The position numbers and the translations under genes were made by a program. A stretch of DNA of 64,000 bases from a virus (taxonomy: Duplodnaviria; Caudoviricetes), in the IMG/VR virus record IMGVR_UViG_3300022876_000002. One strand, given 5' to 3'. The notes under the pieces were generated by a model. That model saw only the letters and a list, made by a program, of their open reading frames with translations. It ran no database searches and was not told the DNA's origin. This document shows, piece after piece, positions 18,405 through 27,204 of this stretch (position 1 is the first letter of the stretch; each line of letters opens with the position of its first letter).

Positions 18405-19322
18405 ATGATTGAAGCAATGTTGTTCCGTAAACCAGCTAGCGGACCTAACATAATCCAGGGTATTTATTCGTCCCTAGCGCCAGGCGGCACTGCTCGTAGT
18501 GGGCAGTGTCTGGTAATGGTAGGAGACCTAATTTACAGTTATGGTGGAACGTACGGCGCCCTGAACAACACAATGGAAGTGTATGACATTAGAACCAATA
18601 CCTGGACTACTGTCACTCCTAACAATACCGCACCTACCCCCAGACACTCCCCAGGATTTTGTTTACTAAATAACAAACTCTACATGTTCGGCGGGTCTAC
18701 CGGTGTTAACTGGGGTCCAATGTCCAATGAAGCCTGGTGTTATGATTTCGCTACTAAACTGTGGACGAAATTAGCAAACTACCCTGTGTCGTTGGCTTTA
18801 GTAAGTGCGGTAGCCATCAATGATAAGATTTACTTACTCGGCGGGTATACCGGCACTGCTGCGTCCAGCCCATTCCATGAATACGATCCGGTCGCCAATT
18901 CATACAGGGCCATCACGCACTCGTTAAGTGCCCGTTACGGGCATAAAGCGGTTGTTGTTGATGGGTTAATGTATGTGTTTGGTGGTTCTATCGGGCCAAG
19001 CGCTGTTAGAGAATCATGGTCGTATAACCCAGTTAGTAACGTCTGGACCTCGTTGAAGGTAATGCCAGAAGGCAAACCACACTCTTACGTGGCTGCAATC
19101 GGCCCACTCATCTACATTTATGGAGGTAAGCAGGGTAACGAATCTGCTGCTATCAATAAGTTCTACCGCTACAACACAGGGACAGGGAACTGGACAGAAA
19201 TGCCACCAGGCCCAAGCCTCTACTACATGGGTGCTGCAGTAGCTAATGAAAACGCCATTTACATGCATGGCGGTATTGACATTAATGTAGCGTCTACAGC
19301 GCAACTACTAAAAATTACATAA
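18405..19322 (+). CDS. Kelch-repeat beta-propeller protein
   Basis: six blades with Y-x-x-GG (YSYGG, YMFGG, YLLGG, YVFGG, YIYGG, YMHGG) and downstream Y(D/N)...W. Confidence 0.9.
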   Translation: MIEAMLFRKPASGPNIIQGIYSSLAPGGTARSGQCLVMVGDLIYSYGGTYGALNNTMEVYDIRTNTWTTVTPNNTAPTPRHSPGFCLLNNKLYMFGGSTGVNWGPMSNEAWCYDFATKLWTKLANYPVSLALVSAVAINDKIYLLGGYTGTAASSPFHEYDPVANSYRAITHSLSARYGHKAVVVDGLMYVFGGSIGPSAVRESWSYNPVSNVWTSLKVMPEGKPHSYVAAIGPLIYIYGGKQGNESAAINKFYRYNTGTGNWTEMPPGPSLYYMGAAVANENAIYMHGGIDINVASTAQLLKIT

Positions 19323-19328
19323 GTGTTT

Positions 19329-19365
19329 ATAGTACCTCCTAGCCCATTGGGCTAGGAGGTACTAT
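19329..19365. terminator. bidirectional terminator, 18-bp arms, centre CCCATTGGG
   Basis: atagtacctcctagccca-t-tgggctaggaggtactat between convergent genes. Confidence 0.8.
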
Positions 19366-19367
19366 TG

Positions 19368-19928
19368 TTAGTCACTCAGAACTTTGTTCTTACGCTGGAA
19401 CTCTTTCAGGGCCTCAGCAGCGATCTCTGGATCGATATCCGGATGCTGGTGCACGATACCGTCTTCCAGTTGCTTACGGATTACGTCCATTGCGATACGG
19501 AGTTTATTACCTTCCATCTCGTTTACTGAGCAATCCAAACTCCTCCAGTCTTCTGGATAATCTGGATGTTTGAATGTTTCAGTCAGTTTGAGCCTGACCG
19601 AGTGAAGTTGGGTAATTACGTACGACTCAAGGTAGCGATCATAAAGCAAGTCGCAATTCAGCAACTGACCTTGGTGGAAGTGCAACTTACCCATGTTGGC
19701 ATCGAGGATACCCGTGAAAGTCAGGAGGTCTTTCTCATAAGCCTCTTGAGCAGCCGGCTTATGCTCGATCGGGGCGTAATGATCGACCGAAGTGATACGA
19801 CCATCAGCACCAATATTGATGTTGCCAATACCAATGTCCCAACGAACTTGCGTGTGCGTGCCTTTCTTGATCTGAACCCCATGGAAATCCAGGTCCTCGT
19901 TGAAATTGATGTCAGTAACCCAACCCAT
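19368..19928 (-). CDS. hypothetical protein
   Basis: 186 aa, AAGGAG RBS. Confidence 0.75.
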   Translation of the reverse strand: MGWVTDINFNEDLDFHGVQIKKGTHTQVRWDIGIGNINIGADGRITSVDHYAPIEHKPAAQEAYEKDLLTFTGILDANMGKLHFHQGQLLNCDLLYDRYLESYVITQLHSVRLKLTETFKHPDYPEDWRSLDCSVNEMEGNKLRIAMDVIRKQLEDGIVHQHPDIDPEIAAEALKEFQRKNKVLSD

Positions 19929-19938
19929 GTCTTACTCC

Positions 19939-20622
19939 TTAGCGCATTGCCTGCAAACCGTTCAGGTTAAACAGAGTGAATTTACCAGACCGTGGTTTCC
20001 AGCCTTCCGTGTCGATGAAGTAAGTGTTGCCCAGTTTGAGTACTTCCTTAACCGGGTTATGCCCCACCACTACCGCACGGATGTTTTGTACCCGATCCTT
20101 TTCCTTGAACTCGAATTTACGGCGAGAGTACATGCAGCTGTTAGCTACCAGCTTACGCTCGCGTGGATGTTGGTCAGGTCCCAAACGTTCCAGCAGGGTA
20201 TTCCAATCGTCGAACGGACATTCCGCATGCACCAGTCCAACGACACCGTATTTGGTTTCTACTTCAATGGCCACCGGCAAGTCTTGGAAAGGTGCGGCGA
20301 ACATGACTTTCTCCTCGTCATTGAACGCCTCACTGAACCACTTACCGGCTTTGCCCAACCAGGACTCTACAGTGTCCCAGCGTGCTACGTGGTGGTCATG
20401 GTTGCCCATCACTGGATGGAACCACGGGTAAGACAACCACTCGAACGCACGCTTGTTCTCTGGCCCACGGTCTACCAGATCGCCTACACTAAACAAACGG
20501 TCTACAGTAGGGTCAAACTTAATGCGGTTCAACTCCCGTTGTAAGTAAGAAAAATGTCCGTGGATATCACCTACTGCAATGTCACGGCCCTCTTTGTTGA
20601 TACCAAATCGTTTTACTAACAT
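19939..20622 (-). CDS. calcineurin-like metallophosphoesterase (lambda NinI/PphA-like Ser/Thr protein phosphatase)
   Basis: GDIHG, GDLVDRGP, GNHD, VHA, VGHNP, IDT motifs. Confidence 0.9.
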   Translation of the reverse strand: MLVKRFGINKEGRDIAVGDIHGHFSYLQRELNRIKFDPTVDRLFSVGDLVDRGPENKRAFEWLSYPWFHPVMGNHDHHVARWDTVESWLGKAGKWFSEAFNDEEKVMFAAPFQDLPVAIEVETKYGVVGLVHAECPFDDWNTLLERLGPDQHPRERKLVANSCMYSRRKFEFKEKDRVQNIRAVVVGHNPVKEVLKLGNTYFIDTEGWKPRSGKFTLFNLNGLQAMR

Positions 20623-20634
20623 GATGAATCCTTT

Positions 20635-21084
20635 TCAAATGCCTAATCCCGGAACCCAGGTATACCATTGCCGATGCATTTTCAAACGGTATTCACCGCT
20701 ATCCGGATCGTAGGATACTTCTGGCCGTATATCTTTGACTACCTGGTCCAGCAACGTCTCTTCTGGAAACGGCTGGTTAGCTATGGCCATATCCAATAAA
20801 CCGTTTTCTTCTTTTCTGAGAGATTCCAGTAAAACGTTTAATGCTTCTTCATCTAGGCTAGGAAACCCTATAGCGAGCTGTTCAAGCCAGTTAGAGTTAG
20901 CACTGCCATCTACACGGGTTAACGGAGTAGTCTCCACAAAACGCACCGTAGCGTTCCGCACGGCGTCATAGAACAGGTCAGCATTGGTATTACAAGGATC
21001 ATCGAGATCTTTAACGACAGGCTCTGGAAACTTAGGGCGCTTAATAGGCCAAAGACTACGCAACAGTTCAATAAAAAATACCAT
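20635..21084 (-). CDS. hypothetical protein
   Basis: 149 aa. Confidence 0.7.
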   Translation of the reverse strand: MVFFIELLRSLWPIKRPKFPEPVVKDLDDPCNTNADLFYDAVRNATVRFVETTPLTRVDGSANSNWLEQLAIGFPSLDEEALNVLLESLRKEENGLLDMAIANQPFPEETLLDQVVKDIRPEVSYDPDSGEYRLKMHRQWYTWVPGLGI

Positions 21085-21106
21085 AATAAAAACCCTCTAA
21101 AGTAAG

Positions 21107-21134
21107 CTACCTGGTAGGCTAGCCTACCAGGTAG
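21107..21134. repeat. perfect 28-bp palindrome centred on CTAG (terminator-like)
   Basis: ctacctggtaggct|agcctaccaggtag. Confidence 0.85.
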
Positions 21135-21142
21135 TATAAAGG

Positions 21143-21700
21143 TTACTTGATGGTTGCTTCACGCTTACCGGTTTTGAACGCGTTCTCTGTAGCCTCATCA
21201 ACAACGATCTGGCAGAGTTTCAACACGTCCTTCTTCGGGAAATCTGCCAGGCGCAGGAAGAAGCCACGTACCAGCGTGTCACGCATGGTTTCGTACGAGG
21301 TACACACTTCGTTCTTGCGTGTCTGCGAGATCTGGAACTCGGTATTACCACCGATGATAACTGCCTGCACAGGCTTGAACATCGATGAATCAACATTCGG
21401 GTTCTGTTCCTGGATCCACTGCATGGTAGCCTGGCTACCCTTGTCGCCGTAACGCCCAGTAACCGCAGCAGTGATCACTTCTTTCAGGCCGTCAGTGTAC
21501 GTCTTGTTCAGACCCACCAACGTCTGGATCTTGATGGTCATGCTGGACAACACGTTCTGGGACTCGTTATCGAGCCGCTTGATGTCGTTCTCGATGGTAA
21601 TCGCGTTGTCGTGCATGCTCTGGTAACCCAAGAACAATGCAACACCACCCAACGCGCCCAGACCCAACAGTACCAACAGAGCAATGCCAATAGCTTTCAT
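21143..21700 (-). CDS. N-terminally anchored helical protein (LemA-like by pattern)
   Basis: N-terminal TM then coiled-coil; GRYG...MQWIQEQNP pattern. Confidence 0.6.
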   Translation of the reverse strand: MKAIGIALLVLLGLGALGGVALFLGYQSMHDNAITIENDIKRLDNESQNVLSSMTIKIQTLVGLNKTYTDGLKEVITAAVTGRYGDKGSQATMQWIQEQNPNVDSSMFKPVQAVIIGGNTEFQISQTRKNEVCTSYETMRDTLVRGFFLRLADFPKKDVLKLCQIVVDEATENAFKTGKREATIK

Positions 21701-21713
21701 GATTTTCCTTAAA

Positions 21714-22805
21714 TTAAGCGACGTCTTCTTTGATTACAACGTATGCCACGCCAACCGCAACCAAGAAGTTGAGGATGGATAGCGTTACCAACAGCCAAGT
21801 AGGTGGAATCCACCCATTGGTTAGATAAGCGAAGGTCTTGTTAGGGACCCGCTTGAAATCATTCTGAATAACTCGGTACTGGTCTTGGACCAACCCGATA
21901 TCCAGTGTGCGATCATAAGCCAAGCCTTCTACCTCTTTGAGCATAACTTGGTTGTTCTGCCCATCAGCAAAAGACATAGCCTTAGTCCACTGTACTTCCA
22001 GCTTGTCGTCAACACCATAGAAAATGACTACATCGTTTTTCTTGGTGCCTTTCCATGCTTCCATTACCGCATAGAAATAGTCTTGGTCGTATTGAGTTAC
22101 TACCAAGATAACGTTCAGCTGTTTCAGCGCACCGTCTTTACGCAACTGGTTGTTAAGCCAGATGTTAATGCCGTCAAAGTCGGTGGAGTCTCCAGGATCT
22201 TGTACGATGCGATTATAGCGATAATAATCGTGTACGTGGGGGTAACCTGGAATCTTACCCAAATACTTCGTACGGATCAAATCAGACGTATTAAAGCGGG
22301 TTCCGTCGAGTAGCATGTAGTTGCGCACATAACCGGCTACGGCAACAGGCTCATCTACGTCTACCATATCCCAGCGATCAGGGACCTCCATACCACGACG
22401 GTCAACCCGTTCGATGGTAAAGGTACCCAACGTGCTGTATACATCCCAGTCTACGTCGTACGAGTGTTCGTCACAGTACTTAGGCTGGCACACCTTACGC
22501 GTATGTTTCTTGCCCTTGGAGTCCGTCGTGGTCTCCATGTGACAGGTCTCACCACAAACATAGTGGTGGGAGCACGACACCTTAACTCGATCTTTGCCAG
22601 TAACGTAACCGTTAAAGATCGACGTGTCACCGATCATGCTAAACGATGACCCCCAGACCACCACCATGAATATTAGGGTACTGAGTATAACCCCAGTGCC
22701 CTGTAACAGCCATTCACGTATGGTGATATGGTGAGGCCAGATCCATCGACAAACCAATACCACCAGCAGGGCTGGTAGCAGTACCACTGGTAGGTACGTC
22801 CACAT
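21714..22805 (-). CDS. three-TM membrane protein with Cys/His-rich extracytoplasmic domain
   Basis: two N-terminal TMs, CSHHYVCGETC...CQPKYCDEH, C-terminal TM. Confidence 0.8.
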   Translation of the reverse strand: MWTYLPVVLLPALLVVLVCRWIWPHHITIREWLLQGTGVILSTLIFMVVVWGSSFSMIGDTSIFNGYVTGKDRVKVSCSHHYVCGETCHMETTTDSKGKKHTRKVCQPKYCDEHSYDVDWDVYSTLGTFTIERVDRRGMEVPDRWDMVDVDEPVAVAGYVRNYMLLDGTRFNTSDLIRTKYLGKIPGYPHVHDYYRYNRIVQDPGDSTDFDGINIWLNNQLRKDGALKQLNVILVVTQYDQDYFYAVMEAWKGTKKNDVVIFYGVDDKLEVQWTKAMSFADGQNNQVMLKEVEGLAYDRTLDIGLVQDQYRVIQNDFKRVPNKTFAYLTNGWIPPTWLLVTLSILNFLVAVGVAYVVIKEDVA

Positions 22806-23167
22806 TACCGGTTATCCTTAGCCTGTTCATAAGCCTTAGCTTTGTTAATAGCACGATCTTTGTGACATTGCGGGGTATCGTATTTACCAAGGCAATGTTT
22901 AAGATCGTAATCTTTAGCCCAAACCTTTACTTTCTCCGTTTGGGTTAGCACCCCGTAGGACAACGCCCAAACACCGAGCCCCGCAATAGTCAGCACACCC
23001 ACCCAATCCAACACAGTACGGAACCAGTGTGGTTTAGGGATCTGCCGCATGGGAGGTGGTTTAGGCGGCAACTTAGCTGTCGGTGGTATTGTTTTACCAG
23101 GCACCTTTGGAGGAGGTGCTGGTGGCGCCTTAGGACGCACTGGAGGGATAGAATCATTCCTCGGCAT
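22805..23167 (-). CDS. single-TM protein with CxGxYxTxxC loop (Pro-rich N-terminus)
   Basis: HCLGKYDTPQC. Confidence 0.8.
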   Translation of the reverse strand: MPRNDSIPPVRPKAPPAPPPKVPGKTIPPTAKLPPKPPPMRQIPKPHWFRTVLDWVGVLTIAGLGVWALSYGVLTQTEKVKVWAKDYDLKHCLGKYDTPQCHKDRAINKAKAYEQAKDNR

Positions 23168-23170
23168 AGA

Positions 23171-23434
23171 TCACCCCGGTAAGTAAGAGATAAGGAACCA
23201 GGCCATGCACACAACACTACCCAGAAGTAGTGCTACCCAAAAGTCATCATTTAGATCTTTTGGCTCTGGCTTGAACTTGCAGTAGTACACAATCTCTGGG
23301 TCAGGTTCAGGAGTATCCAACCTTTCGAATTCAGCGTCCTTCATAGACCAACTGGTGTTTATGAAGACACGTTCATCCTTGGGTATAAACTCTCCCTCAA
23401 TTACTGTTGTGTAATCCCTGCTGGTCGATGGCAT
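23171..23434 (-). CDS. C-terminally anchored membrane protein
   Basis: 87 aa; FWVALLLGSVVCMAWFLISYL. Confidence 0.7.
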   Translation of the reverse strand: MPSTSRDYTTVIEGEFIPKDERVFINTSWSMKDAEFERLDTPEPDPEIVYYCKFKPEPKDLNDDFWVALLLGSVVCMAWFLISYLPG

Positions 23435-23669
23435 TAGCAGCCTCCTCGTACTGACGTTTGAGTTCTGCCTTCTTCAAACGCGGGCCCAGACACTCGGGGG
23501 TCTCGTATTTACCCAGGCACCCGACACGATCAGCCTCTTCCTGCCTGGCGTCAGCGTTTATCTTGTCCTGGCGCGCATAGTAAAACAATCCGCCGTAAAG
23601 ACCTACCGCCAAGACTACAAATGCCAAGCACTTCCATACATTAGGAGTGATCATTTTTGGTTTGGTCAT
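23397..23669 (-). CDS. single-TM protein with CxGxYxTxxC loop
   Basis: GCLGKYETPEC. Confidence 0.8.
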   Translation of the reverse strand: MTKPKMITPNVWKCLAFVVLAVGLYGGLFYYARQDKINADARQEEADRVGCLGKYETPECLGPRLKKAELKRQYEEAANAIDQQGLHNSN

Positions 23670-23959
23670 TTCTCTGCCGCTCTGCGCTTCTGTTTGAGTT
23701 CATTGAGCTCACCTTTGTACTGGTGATCCAATGCCAGTTTAGCCTTACGGTAATCCAGACAAGCCAAAGTGGCGTACTTACCGGTGCAGTTTTCGAAAGA
23801 TTCTACTTCCTGCATTTGGTCACGTCGTTTATCCAGAGAGTTCTTAACCTTTACCATTTGGTAACCAGCAACTATAGCCAGCGGAATAATAACCATCAAG
23901 ACAAACAGAGCGAACTTAGGAATCCCGAGCCTGAACGACGGGAAGTTAGGTAGCATCAT
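23666..23959 (-). CDS. single-TM protein with CxGxYxTxxC loop
   Basis: NCTGKYATLAC. Confidence 0.8.
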   Translation of the reverse strand: MMLPNFPSFRLGIPKFALFVLMVIIPLAIVAGYQMVKVKNSLDKRRDQMQEVESFENCTGKYATLACLDYRKAKLALDHQYKGELNELKQKRRAAEK

Positions 23960-24213
23960 TACTTAGGTCTCCTGGACTCCAGCAACAACTGCTCGATTTT
24001 GTACTGGTGGCACGGGATAGTGTTGTACTCACCGACACAGTTAGCTTTGTCTTGCTTAGTCTGTGTTACCCGGTAAGCAATAACGGTGTCCATGCTAGCC
24101 TTAAAGATCATCCAGCAACCGGCAACGATACCCAACATCAACAGGACACCTTTAATGGTATCCCATTTAGGGTTTCTTTTAGTTGCAAACAGTTCTTCCA
24201 ACAGACCTTTCAT
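23959..24213 (-). CDS. single-TM protein with CxGxYxTxxC loop
   Basis: NCVGEYNTIPC; start MKGLL with ATGA overlap. Confidence 0.8.
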   Translation of the reverse strand: MKGLLEELFATKRNPKWDTIKGVLLMLGIVAGCWMIFKASMDTVIAYRVTQTKQDKANCVGEYNTIPCHQYKIEQLLLESRRPK

Positions 24214-24530
24214 TTTACTTCCTTCAATTTGGCTTCGTATTCTTCTTTGAGTCGGGCCTCTTTTAAGAGCCGCTCTAAGCAAGCAGAGGTGGCGTAAATA
24301 CCCTCACAGCTTTCCTCACGACTACGCCGGTCCCATTCACCAATCCAGTAGACACCAGTACCAAAAGCGAGGAACACTACCGCCAACCAGAAATAACCGG
24401 GGATCAGCTCGCCACGTTTATAACCGTAATTGTCGCGTTCGTCTAGCCAATCACTCAACCAGATTAACAAACGTTTGAATTTACCTACTTTTGGTTTGGG
24501 TGCACCAGCTACATCGCTACCATCACGCAT
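24210..24530 (-). CDS. single-TM protein with CxGxYxTxxC loop
   Basis: SCEGIYATSAC; probable start MRDGS. Confidence 0.75.
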   Translation of the reverse strand: MRDGSDVAGAPKPKVGKFKRLLIWLSDWLDERDNYGYKRGELIPGYFWLAVVFLAFGTGVYWIGEWDRRSREESCEGIYATSACLERLLKEARLKEEYEAKLKEVK

Positions 24531-24540
24531 ACCTAAACCC

Positions 24541-25140
24541 TCAATCACAGGAAGGAGAACTGCTATCACTGCTGTCGTAGGAAGGACTGCCGTAGTCGCT
24601 GTCACGGCTAGGACTACACGCCGGGGCACTACGGTTGTTATCGTCCGAAGACGACAGAACTGCGGCAGCCACCGCCACGTGCATCAGGGTGTTGTCATCA
24701 TGGTGATGGTGGTGGTGCGCATCACGAACGCTGCTGCTGGATGGCAACGGAGCTGGTTTAGGACGAGGTGCTGGTTTTGGTTGGTGCTGATGCTGGAAGA
24801 TACTCACCTGTGGTGCAGGTGGTGGTGACATGTTTGTCGGGAGGTTACCAACCATTTCTGCATATTCGCTTTCACGGATATGGTTTTTACGGTGCCGGTA
24901 CTCAGTGTCCCTCAGACCCAGACCAGTTTGTACCAAGGACTGGCCCTGTGGTTTGGGGCTGAGTTCCTCGATCTTATCACGGAGTTCCTGGTTCTCGCGC
25001 TTGAGCTTGTTGTTCTCGGCCTCAGCACGGGTTACCAATTGTTTGATTTTGATAACCAATACGAAGGCTGCCAACAAGCACAGCCCTACTACAATACCGG
25101 GAACAATAACCAGCATGTCCAACAAAGTAAACTTATCCAT
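24541..25140 (-). CDS. TM + coiled-coil protein with His run and Ser/Asp-rich tail
   Basis: 199 aa; HHHHHH and SSDSSSPSCD. Confidence 0.75.
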   Translation of the reverse strand: MDKFTLLDMLVIVPGIVVGLCLLAAFVLVIKIKQLVTRAEAENNKLKRENQELRDKIEELSPKPQGQSLVQTGLGLRDTEYRHRKNHIRESEYAEMVGNLPTNMSPPPAPQVSIFQHQHQPKPAPRPKPAPLPSSSSVRDAHHHHHHDDNTLMHVAVAAAVLSSSDDNNRSAPACSPSRDSDYGSPSYDSSDSSSPSCD

Positions 25141-25324
25141 TTAAACGCTCCATAGCTTTAATGTCTTTATCCAACAAGCTTTCGTACTTGTCGGCTGCCT
25201 CAGCAATGTTACCCAGGGCGTAAACAATAGCGATTACGCAAACCATGGGGACTACGCACATCGTGATAATGAATACCCAATCACCACGATCTAATTTACG
25301 AACCTTTCTTATTACGTGTTTCAA
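25133..25324 (-). CDS. small single-TM protein
   Basis: 63 aa. Confidence 0.65.
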   Translation of the reverse strand: MKHVIRKVRKLDRGDWVFIITMCVVPMVCVIAIVYALGNIAEAADKYESLLDKDIKAMERLNG

Positions 25325-25722
25325 TCATCCGACCCCTTACTGCCACCCCCACCCGATCCACCACCACTGTCATGACTGCTACTGCTGCCACTAGAACAAT
25401 GACTGTTATGGCCGATATCAAACCCAACATGCACACGACCAGTCGCAATGCCGTGTGTAAGTGAGTCGTTATCGTCTTTTGCTTTGTGGGTGGTACGTTT
25501 TGCCCTTGCTGTGCCATTACTGCTATTCCTTGTTTTGCTTCTGTGGACAATGTACCCGTCAGATGTATCGGTGTAAGGCAAGTCTTCACCATGCTTACGC
25601 AAGGCTTCCAAGAACTCACGGTCTTCCTTAGTCATTTTGCGGCGACTAACACCAAAGCTAAGAATCATACAAACGGTGCCCAGCAGTAATAATCCCGCTA
25701 TTACTCCCCCGACCATAAACAC
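25321..25722 (-). CDS. TM protein with Ser/Gly-rich tail
   Basis: 133 aa; SSGSSSSHDSGGGSGGGGSKGSDD. Confidence 0.75.
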   Translation of the reverse strand: MFMVGGVIAGLLLLGTVCMILSFGVSRRKMTKEDREFLEALRKHGEDLPYTDTSDGYIVHRSKTRNSSNGTARAKRTTHKAKDDNDSLTHGIATGRVHVGFDIGHNSHCSSGSSSSHDSGGGSGGGGSKGSDD

Positions 25723-25738
25723 CCCCTTAGTTAAAGTA

Positions 25739-25766
25739 CCTACTGGGGCTTGTGGGCCCCAGTAGG
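25739..25766. terminator. 11-bp hairpin cctactggggc/gccccagtagg
   Basis: intergenic. Confidence 0.7.
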
Positions 25767-25793
25767 ATTTACGTATTATTGCTAGGGGAGTAC

Positions 25794-26201
25794 TTATTTA
25801 CCACGCAGTTCTTTCAGCCTGCGCATACCCTCAGCCTGGGTCTCACGCAACGAATGACCCTTACCGTGATTGCGGTACCAGTCAATCCACTCACGGTTCA
25901 GACCGCAAGACATACCGCCTTGCAGTGGCGGTTCCTTACGTTCCACTTCAAGCAGTGCGCCAGCGGTTTTATACCATTGGTCACTAGGGCCTTGGTCGGT
26001 AGAGGCAGGATCGATAAAACTGTCGCACTCAGCAGCTTTTACTGGCGGGTTGCGGAACAGAGACTTACCCTCTTTGTCCACAGTGTTGCAAGAAGCATCC
26101 ACCATGTACATCGGTTCCTTTACACCGTCTACTACAACACGGTAAACCACCTTACCCTCGTGACTACGTCCAAGGGCATCAACACGAGCATTCTTATCCA
26201 T
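25794..26201 (-). CDS. hypothetical protein with C-terminal WxxW module
   Basis: GLNREWIDWYRNHGKGHSLRETQAEG. Confidence 0.75.
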   Translation of the reverse strand: MDKNARVDALGRSHEGKVVYRVVVDGVKEPMYMVDASCNTVDKEGKSLFRNPPVKAAECDSFIDPASTDQGPSDQWYKTAGALLEVERKEPPLQGGMSCGLNREWIDWYRNHGKGHSLRETQAEGMRRLKELRGK

Positions 26202-27204
26202 TGTCTTGTACCGGACGTGGGTCAACAACAGTTACCAAATCCTGGAGCTTGTCCAGGAGTTCTTCCAGTTCGCTTTGTTTAACCGTGTGCCAGAACGGGT
26301 TACCTACCTCAAGGCAAGCTTCCACAAGTTTGTGGGACACGTTAGGGTGCTTGCGGAAGATAGCCACAGCCATGTCTTCCATCAAATCGTTATCATGGAT
26401 ACCGACGGCGAACGCCACCCGGGTGAATTGGGTAAGGATTCGTCCCATCAGTTCAGACTTGCGCATGGTCGCACGACGGACCTCACCATAGCTACGATCA
26501 AACGAAGCCGACATCATGATGGAACGATTATTACCGATCGCCAGACCTCTACGCCCACGGAACTCGATCATGCGCGGGTATTTATCGATAAGCTCTTTGG
26601 CCTCTACCGCAGCAGCCACCTCGATAGGAGCGCCGTCAGCGGGGATAAACTCCATTCCGCCAGGAGGCCCTGCCAATGTTTGCGTGCTTTCTTCACGCAT
26701 TAGTGCGACAACCTGGGGATCGTCGGAGAGTACTTGTCCTTTGTCACAGACCTGAGCAACCCAATCACGTGCGTCAGGAATGCGCCCACGCACCACTGCG
26801 TCAAACTTCTCAGCCATAGGGCTGAGTTGTTCACAAGCAGCAAACGATTCACGGGTAAGCATGTCTCCATCCATATCACCCACCACGTCTTTGCCCATAC
26901 GAGCCAAACGACCAGACAGGTGCTTGATACGTTGTTCGGCGGCGTCCAACAGACGGTAGAAGTACATACCACGCTGGTAGAACTCGCGTTCTTCACGCAG
27001 GTAACCATTGAGCGTGTTCAGCTCGTGAGCCAACTCCTGGTCGGTCAAGTTACCCAGTTGGAGTTCACGACGATCCGCCAGGGAAGGATCGGATGCTTTG
27101 GCCAGGCTATCGAAACCTTCGTGGCCCTGAACGTAAGTGAACAGCTTAGCACCAAACTCTTCTACTGCTTGATCAGCTTTGCTTTGAAATTCATTCATTA
27201 CCAT
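26194..27204 (-). CDS. hypothetical protein
   Basis: 336 aa, helical/coiled-coil N-terminal half. Confidence 0.8.
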   Translation of the reverse strand: MVMNEFQSKADQAVEEFGAKLFTYVQGHEGFDSLAKASDPSLADRRELQLGNLTDQELAHELNTLNGYLREEREFYQRGMYFYRLLDAAEQRIKHLSGRLARMGKDVVGDMDGDMLTRESFAACEQLSPMAEKFDAVVRGRIPDARDWVAQVCDKGQVLSDDPQVVALMREESTQTLAGPPGGMEFIPADGAPIEVAAAVEAKELIDKYPRMIEFRGRRGLAIGNNRSIMMSASFDRSYGEVRRATMRKSELMGRILTQFTRVAFAVGIHDNDLMEDMAVAIFRKHPNVSHKLVEACLEVGNPFWHTVKQSELEELLDKLQDLVTVVDPRPVQDNG

